From Candidatus Omnitrophota bacterium (GTDB lineage: Bacteria > Omnitrophota > Gorgyraeia > Gygaellales > Profunditerraquicolaceae): 64,000 bases of DNA. The notes below the pieces were generated by a model. It did not search any database. It was not told the DNA's origin and worked only from the letters and a program-made list of their open reading frames with translations. The stretch lies in contig JAPLLX010000007.1 of assembly GCA_026387335.1 (NCBI GenBank), forward strand, positions 243-64,242, written 5' to 3'. Positions 46,341 through 55,550 of the stretch are shown piece after piece (position 1 is the first letter of the stretch; each line of letters starts with the position of its first letter). Position numbers and translations under genes: made by a program.

Positions 46341-46792
46341 GTAAAATTATCGCTTCTAATCATAAGGGTTACCGGGATTACGCGGTTATCGAATCTTTAG
46401 AGTGCGGTATAGAGCTAAAAGGAAGCGAAGTAAAATCCATCCGCCAGGGTTATATCAACTTGAATGATAGTTTTGCCCGCGTTGAAGAAGGCGAATTGAT
46501 TTTATATAACACGCATATAAATCCTTATACTGAAGCAAGTTATATGAATGTTGAGCCGACAAGAAAACGGCGGCTGCTTCTGCATAAGAACCAAATAGAT
46601 AAAATAGAGGGTAAGCTGACCCAAAAAGGGCTTACCTTGATTCCCTTAAAGGTATATTTTAATGCCAGAGGGTTTGTGAAACTGGAACTCGCTCTGTGTA
46701 AAGGAAAAAAACTCTACGACAAAAGAGATGATATCAAGCGCCGCGAATCGGATCTAACGCTGCGCAGGATCTTGAAAAACAGAAGGAAATAG
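46337..46792 (+). CDS. smpB: SsrA-binding protein SmpB
   Basis: NRKA-like start (NHKGYRDY), GIELKGSEVKS, LLLHK.QI motifs. tmRNA lies immediately downstream. Confidence 0.95.
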   Translation: MSKIIASNHKGYRDYAVIESLECGIELKGSEVKSIRQGYINLNDSFARVEEGELILYNTHINPYTEASYMNVEPTRKRRLLLHKNQIDKIEGKLTQKGLTLIPLKVYFNARGFVKLELALCKGKKLYDKRDDIKRRESDLTLRRILKNRRK

Positions 46793-47222
46793 GGGGTGAA
46801 TTGGGCTCGACTTAGGCCGTCGGGTAAGAGCAGCATGTCGCGGACGCATGGTTAGCCGCGTTAATAACCCGTGCACAATATAAACGCAAGAACAGTATCA
46901 AGTTCTATAGCAAACGAGAGATATAGTGTTGTTCCGCAAATCGGAATGCCTATGTCTTTTCCTGCTATGGCGTTAAAAGCCATTCCTTAATAAAATAAGG
47001 AATGCCTCAATCTGATCTGCCTAAGGGTTGGAATTGAGCGCTAATTTAGGCTGGTCTTCTGCTAGTTGCCTTGCGGCAGGGGATAAGAGCGGTAAAAGGC
47101 TGCGCTTTGCAAATCCTGCCCCGCAGGAGTTGCAAGAGCAAGTTTAAAATGCGGGGCTAAACATGTAGCGGCTTTTATTCGTTTGTTTAAGGACGCCGGT
47201 TCGATTCCGGCCACCTCCACCA
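46792..47222 (+). ncRNA. ssrA: tmRNA (ssrA)
   Basis: 5' GGGGGUGA..GGCUCGAC and a 3' tRNA-like end GGACGCCGGUUCGAUUCCGGCCACCUCCACCA. Internal tag frame ends in UAAUAA (46988-46993) at the top of a 9-bp hairpin. Confidence 0.9.
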
Positions 47223-47250
47223 AATTTTTGCGACAAGCAAAAATTTGGTG
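47218..47250 (+). terminator. Perfect 12-bp hairpin overlapping the tmRNA 3' CCA end (terminator or processing signal)
   Basis: CACCAAATTTTT (47218-47229) and AAAAATTTGGTG (47239-47250) are exact complements. No U-tract follows. Confidence 0.5.
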
Positions 47251-47263
47251 GCACTCAATAAAT

Positions 47264-48355
47264 ATGAAACCTAAAAACCAGATAATCTTAGCCTTTATTT
47301 TCTGCGCGGTTATTACTTTCTCCGGCTGCGCCACAGCTCCGCTTAAAGAAGCTCTTCCTGTTTACAATATAAAGGGAGCGACTTATTATCCGCTTATTCC
47401 GCTCTGTGAACTAAGAGGAGTAAACTGGCAATACGATACATTCACCAGGATTGTCAGCCTAAGCAAGGGCGCGCATAGGGTAAGCCTTAAGGCCGGGGAT
47501 GATCTAGTCTTGGTAAACCAGAGAGCTTTAATACTTAATCATCCGGTGGATATCTATGAAGGTACAATAGTTGTCCCGGCTAAATTTAAAGAACAGGTTA
47601 TAGATGTATTATTCAAAACGTTAAAATCCACTCCTGCGAAACCCGTAGGTTTTAACATCTCCGCTAAAATCCGGAAGGTGATTATTGACGCCGGCCACGG
47701 CGGTAACGACCCCGGGGCAATAGGCAGGACCGGCTTAAGAGAAAAGGATGTTAACCTGGATATCGCCAAGAGGCTGGCTATACTCCTAAGGTCGGAAGGA
47801 GTCAATGTGGTGATGACCCGCAGCACCGATAGGTTTATCCCTTTGGATATGCGGGTGCAGATCACCAATAACGCCAAGGTGGATTTATTTATAAGTATTC
47901 ATTCCAACGCCAATCATGCAAGAAGCATGAATGGTTTTGAAGTTTATTATGTAGCTACAAGTTTGAATGACGCCAAACGCGCGCTTTTAGCTGCCCGCAG
48001 CGCCAACCTCAATTTAGAGAGCGCGTCTTTTGCCAGTAATTCCCTGGAGCTAAGAGCTATACTTTGGGATATGCTTTATGCTTATGACCGCGCGGAGTCA
48101 ATACAATTGGCCCGCAATATTTGTAAATCGGTCGGCAGTAATATGGATGTCCGGGTCATCGGAGTAAAAGACGCGCGTTACGAAGTTTTGCGCGGGGCGC
48201 GTGTGCCGGCGGTTTTAGTCGAAACCGGATTTTTATCTAATTATAAAGAAGAGCGTATGCTTAAAAATGGATATTACCGCCAGAAGGTCGCGGAAAGTAT
48301 AATGGAAGGCCTGCGCGATTACGCTCAAGGATTAGCATCAACGGAGGGCGTTTAA
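47264..48355 (+). CDS. N-acetylmuramoyl-L-alanine amidase (Amidase_3) lipoprotein
   Basis: Lipoprotein signal (FSGC), IDAGHGGNDPGA, SIHSNA, ETGFLSN motifs. The listed ORF start at 47183 lies inside the tmRNA, so ATG 47264 was chosen. Confidence 0.9.
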   Translation: MKPKNQIILAFIFCAVITFSGCATAPLKEALPVYNIKGATYYPLIPLCELRGVNWQYDTFTRIVSLSKGAHRVSLKAGDDLVLVNQRALILNHPVDIYEGTIVVPAKFKEQVIDVLFKTLKSTPAKPVGFNISAKIRKVIIDAGHGGNDPGAIGRTGLREKDVNLDIAKRLAILLRSEGVNVVMTRSTDRFIPLDMRVQITNNAKVDLFISIHSNANHARSMNGFEVYYVATSLNDAKRALLAARSANLNLESASFASNSLELRAILWDMLYAYDRAESIQLARNICKSVGSNMDVRVIGVKDARYEVLRGARVPAVLVETGFLSNYKEERMLKNGYYRQKVAESIMEGLRDYAQGLASTEGV

Positions 48356-48358
48356 GAG

Positions 48359-49150
48359 ATGAGACCTATAGGAGTTTTTGATTCCGGTGTCGGGGGATTG
48401 ACCGTGGTCAAGGAATTGATCCGTCAGCTTCCGCACGAAAATATAGTCTACTTTGGCGATACCGCGCGTGTGCCTTACGGCATTAAGTCCAAGGAAACAG
48501 TGATCCGTTTTTCTATTGAAAATATCCTTTTTCTTCTAAAGCGCGACGTTAAATTTATCTGCGTTGCCTGTAATACCGTATCTAGCTTTGCGCTCCCGGA
48601 GATTAAAAATCATTTTAGGGTCCCTATCGTCGGCGTGATCACCCCCGGCGCGAGAGAAGCGGTTTATGCCACGCGCAATAAACGCGTAGGAGTTATCGGC
48701 ACTAAGGGCACGGTTAAGAGCCGGGCTTATGAAAAAGAGATCAAACAATTTGATCCTCAGGTCAAAGTCACGGCAGTCGCCTGTCCGTTATTCGTCCCGT
48801 TTGCCGAAGAGGGATGGACCAGCGGCGCAGTTGTTACCACGGTAGCCAAGCATTATTTAAAGCCCCTAAAAGTTGCGGGGGTGGATACAGTCATCCTGGG
48901 GTGCACGCATTATCCGCTGCTTAGAAAAATAATCCAAGATGTACTTGGTAGTAATGTTACTTTGATAGATTCCGCCAAACAAGTGGCTATTGAGGTAAAT
49001 GAAATCTTATCCAACGAAGGCCTGCTGAATAAAAAAGGAAAAGGTAAACAGGATTTTTTTGTCAGTGATAATCCGGAATGGTTTAGCAACCTGGCCCAGC
49101 GTTTTTTAGGCAAGCCGGTAAGAAACGTGAAGAAGGTGAATAATGTATAA
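48359..49150 (+). CDS. murI: Glutamate racemase
   Basis: GVFDSGVGGLTV, ACNT, GCTHYPLL motifs. Confidence 0.95.
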   Translation: MRPIGVFDSGVGGLTVVKELIRQLPHENIVYFGDTARVPYGIKSKETVIRFSIENILFLLKRDVKFICVACNTVSSFALPEIKNHFRVPIVGVITPGAREAVYATRNKRVGVIGTKGTVKSRAYEKEIKQFDPQVKVTAVACPLFVPFAEEGWTSGAVVTTVAKHYLKPLKVAGVDTVILGCTHYPLLRKIIQDVLGSNVTLIDSAKQVAIEVNEILSNEGLLNKKGKGKQDFFVSDNPEWFSNLAQRFLGKPVRNVKKVNNV

Positions 49151-49502
49151 AATAAAAATAGAGGGGGATTTTAGCTCCGCGCATAACTTAAGGGGTTACA
49201 AAGGCAAATGCGAAGAGCTGCACGGCCATAATTGGAAGGTAGAAGTCATAGTCGCCAGCAATAAGCTAGATAAGATCGGCATGGTTATGGATTTTAAATT
49301 CTTAAAACAAAAACTCCATAGTCTTTTGGAGAAATTAGACCATAAGTACTTAAATAAACTAGCCTATTTTAAGAAGGTGAATCCTACTTCCGAAAATATC
49401 GCCAAATATTTATATGACCGGCTGAAAACCGAAGCCGCGAATCTTTACTCCGTGACTGTTTGGGAGTCGGATAAGGCCAGCGCCACTTATTATGTTGAAT
49501 AA
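49143..49502 (+). CDS. queD: 6-carboxy-5,6,7,8-tetrahydropterin synthase
   Basis: FSSAH.L......C..LHGHNW motif. First gene of the queDCEF cluster. Confidence 0.9.
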   Translation: MYKIKIEGDFSSAHNLRGYKGKCEELHGHNWKVEVIVASNKLDKIGMVMDFKFLKQKLHSLLEKLDHKYLNKLAYFKKVNPTSENIAKYLYDRLKTEAANLYSVTVWESDKASATYYVE

Positions 49503-50142
49503 AAAAGCAGTCGTTCTTTTATCCGGCGGCTTGGATTCAGCCACGGCTTTATATGTAGCTAAAGCAAAAGGGTATAAGTGCCAGTGTTTGATCTTTGATT
49601 ACGGCCAGCGCCACCGTCGGGAAATCAACGCGGCTGTAAAGATAGCCAAGAAGTGCGGTTGCGCCTACCGGATTATAAAAATAAGTTTACCCTGGAAAGG
49701 TTCCAGCCTTTTAGATAAGAAAAAAAAGATTGCGCGTAGCTTTGGGTCGATTATCCCCAATACCTATGTTCCGGGCCGCAATATTATTTTCTTAAGTTTT
49801 GCTCTTTCTTTTGCCGAAAGCATCGGCGCCGCGGCGATATTTATCGGAGCGCACGCGCATGACTATTCAGGGTATCCTGATTGCCGTCCGGAGTTTTTCC
49901 GGGCGTTTAGAAAAGTAGTTTTAACCGGCACAAAAGCGGGAGCGGGCAATAGCGGAATTAAGATTATTACGCCCTTGCTCCATAAGGGTAAAGCGGATAT
50001 CATCAGGTTAGGTTCGCGCCTAAAGGTTCCTTTTGCATTGACCTGGTCCTGTTATCTGGGAGGAAAGAAGCCCTGTGGCAGATGCGATAGCTGTTATTAC
50101 CGCAACAAAGGATTTAAGGAAGCAGGAATAAAGCAAATATGA
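49492..50142 (+). CDS. queC: 7-cyano-7-deazaguanine synthase
   Basis: LLSGGLDS PP-loop and a C-terminal zinc Cys cluster (CGRCDSC). Confidence 0.95.
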   Translation: MLNKKAVVLLSGGLDSATALYVAKAKGYKCQCLIFDYGQRHRREINAAVKIAKKCGCAYRIIKISLPWKGSSLLDKKKKIARSFGSIIPNTYVPGRNIIFLSFALSFAESIGAAAIFIGAHAHDYSGYPDCRPEFFRAFRKVVLTGTKAGAGNSGIKIITPLLHKGKADIIRLGSRLKVPFALTWSCYLGGKKPCGRCDSCYYRNKGFKEAGIKQI

Positions 50143-50810
50143 AAGGAAGAATAGCCGAGGTTTTTGACAGTATTCAGGGCGAAGGCCTGTATCTGGGCGA
50201 AAAACAGATCTTCGTGCGTTTCTACGGTTGTAACCTGGAATGCCGATACTGCGATACAAAATTAAGCAGTTTTATGGAATATGAACCGGAGGAATTATTT
50301 AATGAACTGAAGCTTTACCGCGATAAGTATCATTCAGTATCGTTTACCGGCGGAGAACCGCTTTTACAAAAAGATTTCTTAAGAGAAATATTAAAGTTGA
50401 CCGGGAAGGGCAATTTTAAGAATTATCTTGAGACTAACGGCACCCTGCATAAAGAATTAAAAGAGGTCATAGATTATATTGATATCGTAGCCATGGATCT
50501 AAAACTTCCCAGTTCAACAGGTTTAAGTGATATGTGGGAAGAGCACCGCTTGTTTTTAGAAATCGCCTCTCAGCGGGAAGTTTTTGTCAAGACGGTTATT
50601 TGTACTTATACCAAAGAGGAAGATTTTATAAGGGGCTTACGGCTGATCCGGGAAGCCGCGCAGGAAGCGATTTTGATACTTCAGCTTAACAGCAACGAAG
50701 ACCGGGCTTACTTGCACGATAAATTAGAGACTTTTAAAGACCTCTGCAGAAGAGAGAGGGTTACCTGCTGCGCTGTGGAGCAGATCCATAAGGTGATAGG
50801 AGTAAAATGA
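50139..50810 (+). CDS. queE: 7-carboxy-7-deazaguanine synthase (radical SAM)
   Basis: EVFDSIQGEG, modified radical-SAM cluster CNLECRYCDT. Confidence 0.9.
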   Translation: MKGRIAEVFDSIQGEGLYLGEKQIFVRFYGCNLECRYCDTKLSSFMEYEPEELFNELKLYRDKYHSVSFTGGEPLLQKDFLREILKLTGKGNFKNYLETNGTLHKELKEVIDYIDIVAMDLKLPSSTGLSDMWEEHRLFLEIASQREVFVKTVICTYTKEEDFIRGLRLIREAAQEAILILQLNSNEDRAYLHDKLETFKDLCRRERVTCCAVEQIHKVIGVK

Positions 50811-51208
50811 AAAATAAATCCGCTTATGAAGGGTTACAGTCAAATATAAGAAAGCTTAAAACGCCGAAGATTGAAAGCTGGAAGAATCAGTATCCGGATA
50901 AAGAATATACAATTGTTTTGGATATTCCGGAATTTACCTGTATTTGCCCGAAGACCGGCTTACCGGATTTCGCTACCATAAAAATAGAGTATGCGCCGAG
51001 GATTTATTGCGTTGAACTTAAATCTTTTAAGATGTACACGATATTTTACCGCAATATCGGCATATTCCACGAGCACCTGACCAATAAAATGCTGGAAGAT
51101 TTTGTGAATGCCTGTAAACCCCGTTGGGCAAAGATAACCAGCGAATTTAATCCCCGCGGCGGGATAAAGACTACGGTTACGAGGGAATATAAAAATGAAG
51201 ATTATTAA
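50807..51208 (+). CDS. queF: NADPH-dependent 7-cyano-7-deazaguanine reductase (unimodular type)
   Basis: EFTCICPKTGLPDFA catalytic Cys motif, E(S/L)KS.K.Y and IFHE motifs. Confidence 0.9.
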   Translation: MKNKSAYEGLQSNIRKLKTPKIESWKNQYPDKEYTIVLDIPEFTCICPKTGLPDFATIKIEYAPRIYCVELKSFKMYTIFYRNIGIFHEHLTNKMLEDFVNACKPRWAKITSEFNPRGGIKTTVTREYKNEDY

Positions 51209-52016
51209 AGCTGAAAAAATTACCAAAACTGTGGCGGATTTATGCCTGAAGGCTAATTGCGTCTTGAGGAAGGACATATTACGTAAACTTAAATCAGCTT
51301 ATAAGCAGGAAAAAAATAGCCGGGCCAAGAAGGCGTTGGGAGCGATTATCGAGAATGCCCGGATAGCGCGCGAAGAAAAACTGGCGATTTGCCAGGATAC
51401 GGGCTTGCCGATTGTTTTTGTTAAATTAGGACAGGACGTGAGGATTACCGGTGATTTTAAAAAAGCAGTGCTTAAAGGGATTGCGCTCGGTTACCAGAGG
51501 GGTAATTTCAGAGAATCCATTATTCAGGATCCGCTAAAAAGGGGAAAGTCCTCATATAAGGGAGCGATCATTCATATAGATATAGTCCGGGGGAATAAGT
51601 TAGGACTTACTGTTTTGCCAAAAGGTTTTGGCTGTGAAAATAAATCTCAAATGAAGATGTTTAATCCTACTGCCGGTATAGAAGAAGTGAAAAAGTTCAT
51701 AGTCAATACGGTTAAATCCAGCGGAGCGGATGCCTGCCCGCCTTATGTAGTCGGAGTTGGTATTGGGGGGAGCGCGGATTATGCCGGATTTCTGGCTAAG
51801 GTAGCGTTGTTAAAGAAGATTGATACTAAAAGGTCAAGCCTTGAGCGGGACTTGGAGAAGGAAATCGGAAAATTAGGCATCGGGCCGATGGGCTTGGGCG
51901 GGAAAGTGACTTGTTTAGCGATTAAAATTGAGAGCTATCCGACCCATATCGCCGGGCTTCCCGTAGCCGTCAATATAAGTTGCCACGCTTTGCGCAGCGC
52001 CAGCGCCACATTATGA
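51195..52016 (+). CDS. Class I (Fe-S) fumarate hydratase / L(+)-tartrate dehydratase, alpha subunit
   Basis: CQDTGLP motif, GIGGS, GPMGLGG patterns of the two-subunit class I hydro-lyase family. Confidence 0.85.
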   Translation: MKIIKAEKITKTVADLCLKANCVLRKDILRKLKSAYKQEKNSRAKKALGAIIENARIAREEKLAICQDTGLPIVFVKLGQDVRITGDFKKAVLKGIALGYQRGNFRESIIQDPLKRGKSSYKGAIIHIDIVRGNKLGLTVLPKGFGCENKSQMKMFNPTAGIEEVKKFIVNTVKSSGADACPPYVVGVGIGGSADYAGFLAKVALLKKIDTKRSSLERDLEKEIGKLGIGPMGLGGKVTCLAIKIESYPTHIAGLPVAVNISCHALRSASATL

Positions 52017-52534
52017 AGAAGATAAATACTCCATTAAGCGAAAATGATATTTTAAATTTACGCGCCGGAGATGAGATCTTATTAAGCGGTGAAATCTATA
52101 CTGCCCGGGATCAGGCGCATAGAAGGGTGGTTGATGCAATAAAAAAAGGCAGCCGACTGCCTTTTGCGCTAAAAAATGCGGTTATCTATTATTGCGGCCC
52201 GGCCAAAACTCCTAAAGGAAAAATCATCGGTTCCTGCGGTCCGACAACCAGTTCGCGGATGGACGCGTTTACCCCTTTATTGCTGAGTAAAGGCTTAAAA
52301 GGGATGATCGGTAAGGGCGCTCGCTCAAAAGAGGTAAGGTCAGCAATTAAAAAGAACAAAGCAATATATTTATTGGCTCCCGCCGGCTGCGGGGCGCTTA
52401 TATCAAAATATGTCAAAAGCGCAAAACCAATCGCGTATCAGGATTTAGGGCCGGAGAGGATTACGAAGTTGGAAGTAAAGGACTTTCCGTTAATCGTAGG
52501 AATAGACGCTAAAGGAAGGAGTATTTATGCTTAG
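52013..52534 (+). CDS. Class I fumarate hydratase / tartrate dehydratase, beta subunit
   Basis: [32 protein letters not shown] motifs. ATG at 52013 overlaps the alpha-subunit stop (ATGA), so the track start at 51980 is an upstream extension. Confidence 0.85.
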   Translation: MKKINTPLSENDILNLRAGDEILLSGEIYTARDQAHRRVVDAIKKGSRLPFALKNAVIYYCGPAKTPKGKIIGSCGPTTSSRMDAFTPLLLSKGLKGMIGKGARSKEVRSAIKKNKAIYLLAPAGCGALISKYVKSAKPIAYQDLGPERITKLEVKDFPLIVGIDAKGRSIYA

Positions 52535-53240
52535 GCTGGATGGCCGCGGAGCGGATAAAATCCGCAAAGTAAATATTACCCGTAATTATATTAAGTATCC
52601 GGAAGGTTCATGTCTTATTGAACTCGGAAATACCAAAGTTATATGCACTGCTTCAGTTGAAGAAAGCGTGCCTCCTTTTCTAAGAGGATCGGGTACTGGC
52701 TGGGTCACTGCTGAATACGGGATGCTTCCGCGTTCCTGCAATACGCGTATTCCCCGCGGTAAAGATTCCGGCCGCACTTATGAAATACAGCGGCTCGTAG
52801 GAAGGTCTTTGCGCACGGTCACTGAAATGAAATCTTTAGGCGAACGCTGCATCTGGTTGGATTGCGACGTGATTCAGGGAGACGGCGGAACGCGCACTGC
52901 CGCGATTACCGGAAGTTTTATCGCTCTGGTTGACGCGTTGAGTAAAATAAAAAAAGCCGGGTTAATCAAGGATATTCCGATTAAAGATTATGTCGCCGCC
53001 ACCAGTGTCGGCATAGTTAACGGAGAACTGCTTTTAGATCTATGTTATGAGGAAGATTCAAAAGCCGAAGTGGATATGAATATAGTTATGACCGGCTCAG
53101 GCGAATTTATTGAAATTCAGGGCACAGCCGAACGCAACCCTTTTCCAAAAGAGAAGATGGATAAGATGCTCGTGGCTGCTCAAAAAGGAATTGAAGATTT
53201 ATTCAGCATCCAACGTAAATTAGTCGGCGACCTCATCTAA
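52527..53240 (+). CDS. rph: Ribonuclease PH
   Basis: R.DGR..D.IR, GWVTAEY.MLP, DCDVIQ.DGGTRTA motifs. Confidence 0.95.
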   Translation: MLRLDGRGADKIRKVNITRNYIKYPEGSCLIELGNTKVICTASVEESVPPFLRGSGTGWVTAEYGMLPRSCNTRIPRGKDSGRTYEIQRLVGRSLRTVTEMKSLGERCIWLDCDVIQGDGGTRTAAITGSFIALVDALSKIKKAGLIKDIPIKDYVAATSVGIVNGELLLDLCYEEDSKAEVDMNIVMTGSGEFIEIQGTAERNPFPKEKMDKMLVAAQKGIEDLFSIQRKLVGDLI

Positions 53241-53253
53241 GGTTATCTCGATA

Positions 53254-53853
53254 ATGGAATTAATCGTAGCCACGAAGAATAAGAAGAAGCTTAAAGAAAT
53301 AAAAACAATCCTCAAGGGTTTTGGATTAAAAATAAGTTCTTTAGCAGATTATGGCGCTCTCCCTAGAGTAATTGAAAACGGAAAGACCTTTAAGGAAAAT
53401 TCCATAAAAAAAGCGGTTAAAATCGCTCAGGCCACCGGAAAACTTACTCTGGGCGAAGATTCCGGTCTCTGTGTAGAGGCGTTAAATGGCGGTCCCGGGG
53501 TTTACTCGGCGCGTTTTTCAGGAAAAGGCAAGAGCGACAGCCAAAACAATTTAAAATTGCTCAAGCTTCTTAAAGGAATGTCTCTCAGTAAAAGAAAAGC
53601 ACATTATGTTTGCGCTGTTGCTTTAGCGGATAAGGGTGGTTTAGTTGGTGTAGTAGAAGGAAAATGTAACGGCCTGATTGGTTTTAAGTTAAAAGGCAGA
53701 AGCGGCTTTGGCTATGACCCGTTATTTGTCATTCCTAAATACCAAAAGACTTTCGCCCAGTTAGGCGAGAAGATAAAGCATACGCTGAGCCATCGTTACC
53801 ACGCTCTCAAAAGAGCCAAAATAATTATCAAGAAATATATTGAGAAGCGCTGA
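53254..53853 (+). CDS. rdgB: dITP/XTP pyrophosphatase (RdgB/HAM1 family)
   Basis: ATKNKKKLKE, EDSGL.V.AL.G.PGVYSAR, GFGYDP.F, SHR motifs. Confidence 0.9.
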   Translation: MELIVATKNKKKLKEIKTILKGFGLKISSLADYGALPRVIENGKTFKENSIKKAVKIAQATGKLTLGEDSGLCVEALNGGPGVYSARFSGKGKSDSQNNLKLLKLLKGMSLSKRKAHYVCAVALADKGGLVGVVEGKCNGLIGFKLKGRSGFGYDPLFVIPKYQKTFAQLGEKIKHTLSHRYHALKRAKIIIKKYIEKR

Positions 53854-53876
53854 CGGGTTGATATAATAAAATTTCG

Positions 53877-53954
53877 CGGGGGATGGCTCAGTTTGGCTAG
53901 AGCGCTTGCTTTGGGAGCAAGAGGTCGAGAGTTCAAATCTCTCTCCCCCGACCA
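53877..53954 (+). tRNA. tRNA-Pro (anticodon TGG), CCA encoded
   Basis: CGGGGGA / GCTC-AGTTTGGCTA-GAGC / CTTGC-TTTGGGA-GCAAG / GAGAG-TTCAAAT-CTCTC / TCCCCCG-A-CCA. Confidence 0.95.
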
Positions 53955-53979
53955 TATTTGACAATTTGAATAAAGAAAT

Positions 53980-54053
53980 GCGCCTGTAGCTCAAATGGAT
54001 AGAGCAATTGCCTTCTAAGCAATAGGTTGGCCGTTCGATTCGGCCCAGGCGCA
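53980..54053 (+). tRNA. tRNA-Arg (anticodon TCT)
   Basis: GCGCCTG / GCTC-AAATGGATA-GAGC / ATTGC-CTTCTAA-GCAAT / GGCCG-TTCGATT-CGGCC / CAGGCGC-A. Confidence 0.95.
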
Positions 54054-54066
54054 TAAAAATAAAGTT

Positions 54067-55242
54067 ATGAATAAGACTGAAAAAATCTTAGGACTAAGTA
54101 TCATAAGCCTAGCCATTATATTTGGGGCAATATATATATTCTTAAGCGTAGCCGGCAAGTCAATTATCGCTAAAACCCTTGAGTCCTTGACCCATAAGAA
54201 AACGACCGTAGGTTATTTTAACCTTAGCCCGACGCTGGATTTAGAAATCAAGAAGCTGGATATTGACGGCCTGGCTAAAATAGATTCAATTTATATTTCG
54301 CCCAACCTCTTAAGTCTTTTTAGCGGAAAAGTTATCGTTAACAGTTTTAAACTTGTTTCTCCGGAGTTTACTATTACTAAAGCTCCTCCCGCGGTAGTGA
54401 ATGAGCAAAAAACCAGCGTTGACCTTATTTCGGCGGCGCCGCCTACACCGCCTGAGTCTATCCAGCCTAAAGAATTAAAACTCCTGCCGTTTGGTTTTAA
54501 GCGTATCAGGATTGAAAACGGCATAGTTAATTACATTGATCAAAGTATAAGCGCCAACGGAATAAAAATAGTTTTAAAGGATATAAGTTGTAAAATATCC
54601 AACCTTTATTTTTTCCCGCGGCGCGGAATCACTAATTTTGAGTTAAAAGGGAAGATCCCCTGGAGAGAAGGACAGGTAAACGGCCAGTTGGATATTGAAG
54701 GATGGCTTAATTTCTTTAAGAAGGATATGCAGGCAGCTTTAAAGATCAAGGATATTGACGCTATTTATCTATATCCTTATTATTCTAATTGGGTAAATTT
54801 GGAAAAAGCGCGCATAGAAAGGGCCAAGCTCAATTTTTCAGTCGATATTAACGGTTTAAACAATAATATTATCGCGGAATGCCATTTGGCTCTGACCGAT
54901 ATGGTGCGCAAGCCGCTGGAAGCCGGAGAAGCCGAAGAAAAGGCGTCTAAGCTTACGAATAAAGTTTTAGATATGTTTAAAGCTGTTGATCAGGGCAAGG
55001 TGGAATTGAATTTTAGCGTAAAGACTAAAATGGATAATCCGCAATTTGGATTTGGTAATTTCAAAATGGCTTTTGAGGATAAGATTACCAAAGGTATGAG
55101 TTTGGGCTTTAAGCCGGAGAATGCTTTAGTTTTTCCGCTTAAGGTTATGGAAGGCGGAGTCAGAAGTTTCGCGGATTTGACCCGGGCGGCGATTGACGGG
55201 ATCTTTGCCATCGGTAACGGAGTTATCCAATCCGCTAAATAA
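54067..55242 (+). CDS. Membrane-anchored protein, DUF748/AsmA-like (tentative)
   Basis: Single N-terminal TM helix, then a long beta-rich periplasmic region with repeated (I/V)x(I/V)xNG(x)(I/V)x(Y/F)xD-type strands. Family call is tentative. Confidence 0.45.
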   Translation: MNKTEKILGLSIISLAIIFGAIYIFLSVAGKSIIAKTLESLTHKKTTVGYFNLSPTLDLEIKKLDIDGLAKIDSIYISPNLLSLFSGKVIVNSFKLVSPEFTITKAPPAVVNEQKTSVDLISAAPPTPPESIQPKELKLLPFGFKRIRIENGIVNYIDQSISANGIKIVLKDISCKISNLYFFPRRGITNFELKGKIPWREGQVNGQLDIEGWLNFFKKDMQAALKIKDIDAIYLYPYYSNWVNLEKARIERAKLNFSVDINGLNNNIIAECHLALTDMVRKPLEAGEAEEKASKLTNKVLDMFKAVDQGKVELNFSVKTKMDNPQFGFGNFKMAFEDKITKGMSLGFKPENALVFPLKVMEGGVRSFADLTRAAIDGIFAIGNGVIQSAK

Positions 55243-55304
55243 CGGGGCAATAATTTATTAGTAAGATTGCTCTATTTGTGTTAGGCTTTATTTGATAATT
55301 TAAT

Positions 55305-55379
55305 GGTGGCTATAGCTCAATTGGTTAGAGCGTTAGACTGTGGCTCTAAAGGTTGCGGGTTCGATCCCCGTTAGCCACC
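55305..55379 (+). tRNA. tRNA-His (anticodon GTG) with encoded G-1
   Basis: G-GTGGCTA / GCTC-AATTGGTTA-GAGC / TTAGA-CTGTGGC-TCTAA / GCGGG-TTCGATC-CCCGT / TAGCCAC-C. Confidence 0.95.
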
Positions 55380-55434
55380 CATAACTTATTGTGCCACAAC
55401 GATTTACAACATTATTTGAAAATTATAAGAATCC

Positions 55435-55467
55435 AGAGCGTTAGACTGTGGCTCTAAAGGTTGCGGG
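55435..55467 (+). pseudogene. Partial duplicate of tRNA-His (D-stem 3' strand through T-stem 5' strand), non-functional
   Basis: 33 nt, AGAGCGTTAGACTGTGGCTCTAAAGGTTGCGGG, identical to 55327-55359 at an offset of 108 nt. The flanks diverge: no acceptor stem and a degenerate T-arm. Confidence 0.8.
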
Positions 55468-55496
55468 ATCGTTCTCCTCGCATAACGGGATAGTTT

Positions 55497-55533
55497 AAGG
55501 CCTATGGTCTGAATTTAGATCATAGGCCTTTTT
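55497..55533 (+). terminator. Intrinsic terminator after the tRNA-His locus
   Basis: 14-bp stem AAGGCCTATGGTCT/AGATCATAGGCCTT with one G-U pair, followed by TTTTT. Confidence 0.8.
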
Positions 55534-55550
55534 AAAAGGACAACTTTTAT

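Noticed and set aside
47062-47334. 90-aa minus-strand ORF, and the N-terminal 27 codons of the 47183 + strand ORF.
   Set aside because: Both overlap the tmRNA 3' domain. The amidase gene more plausibly starts at ATG 47264, which yields a proper lipoprotein signal peptide.
49143-51208. Whether queD-queC-queE-queF signals a 7-deazaguanine DNA-modification (dpd-like) system related to the defence module.
   Set aside because: The cluster is the standard preQ1 (queuosine precursor) pathway, including QueF. No DpdA/TgtA5-like transglycosylase or dpd helicase genes are adjacent, and it lies 7 kb from the accessory module among housekeeping genes.
53761-54054. 97-aa minus-strand ORF across the rdgB end and the tRNA-Pro/tRNA-Arg genes.
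   Set aside because: It is explained by the two tRNA genes, so it is not a credible CDS.
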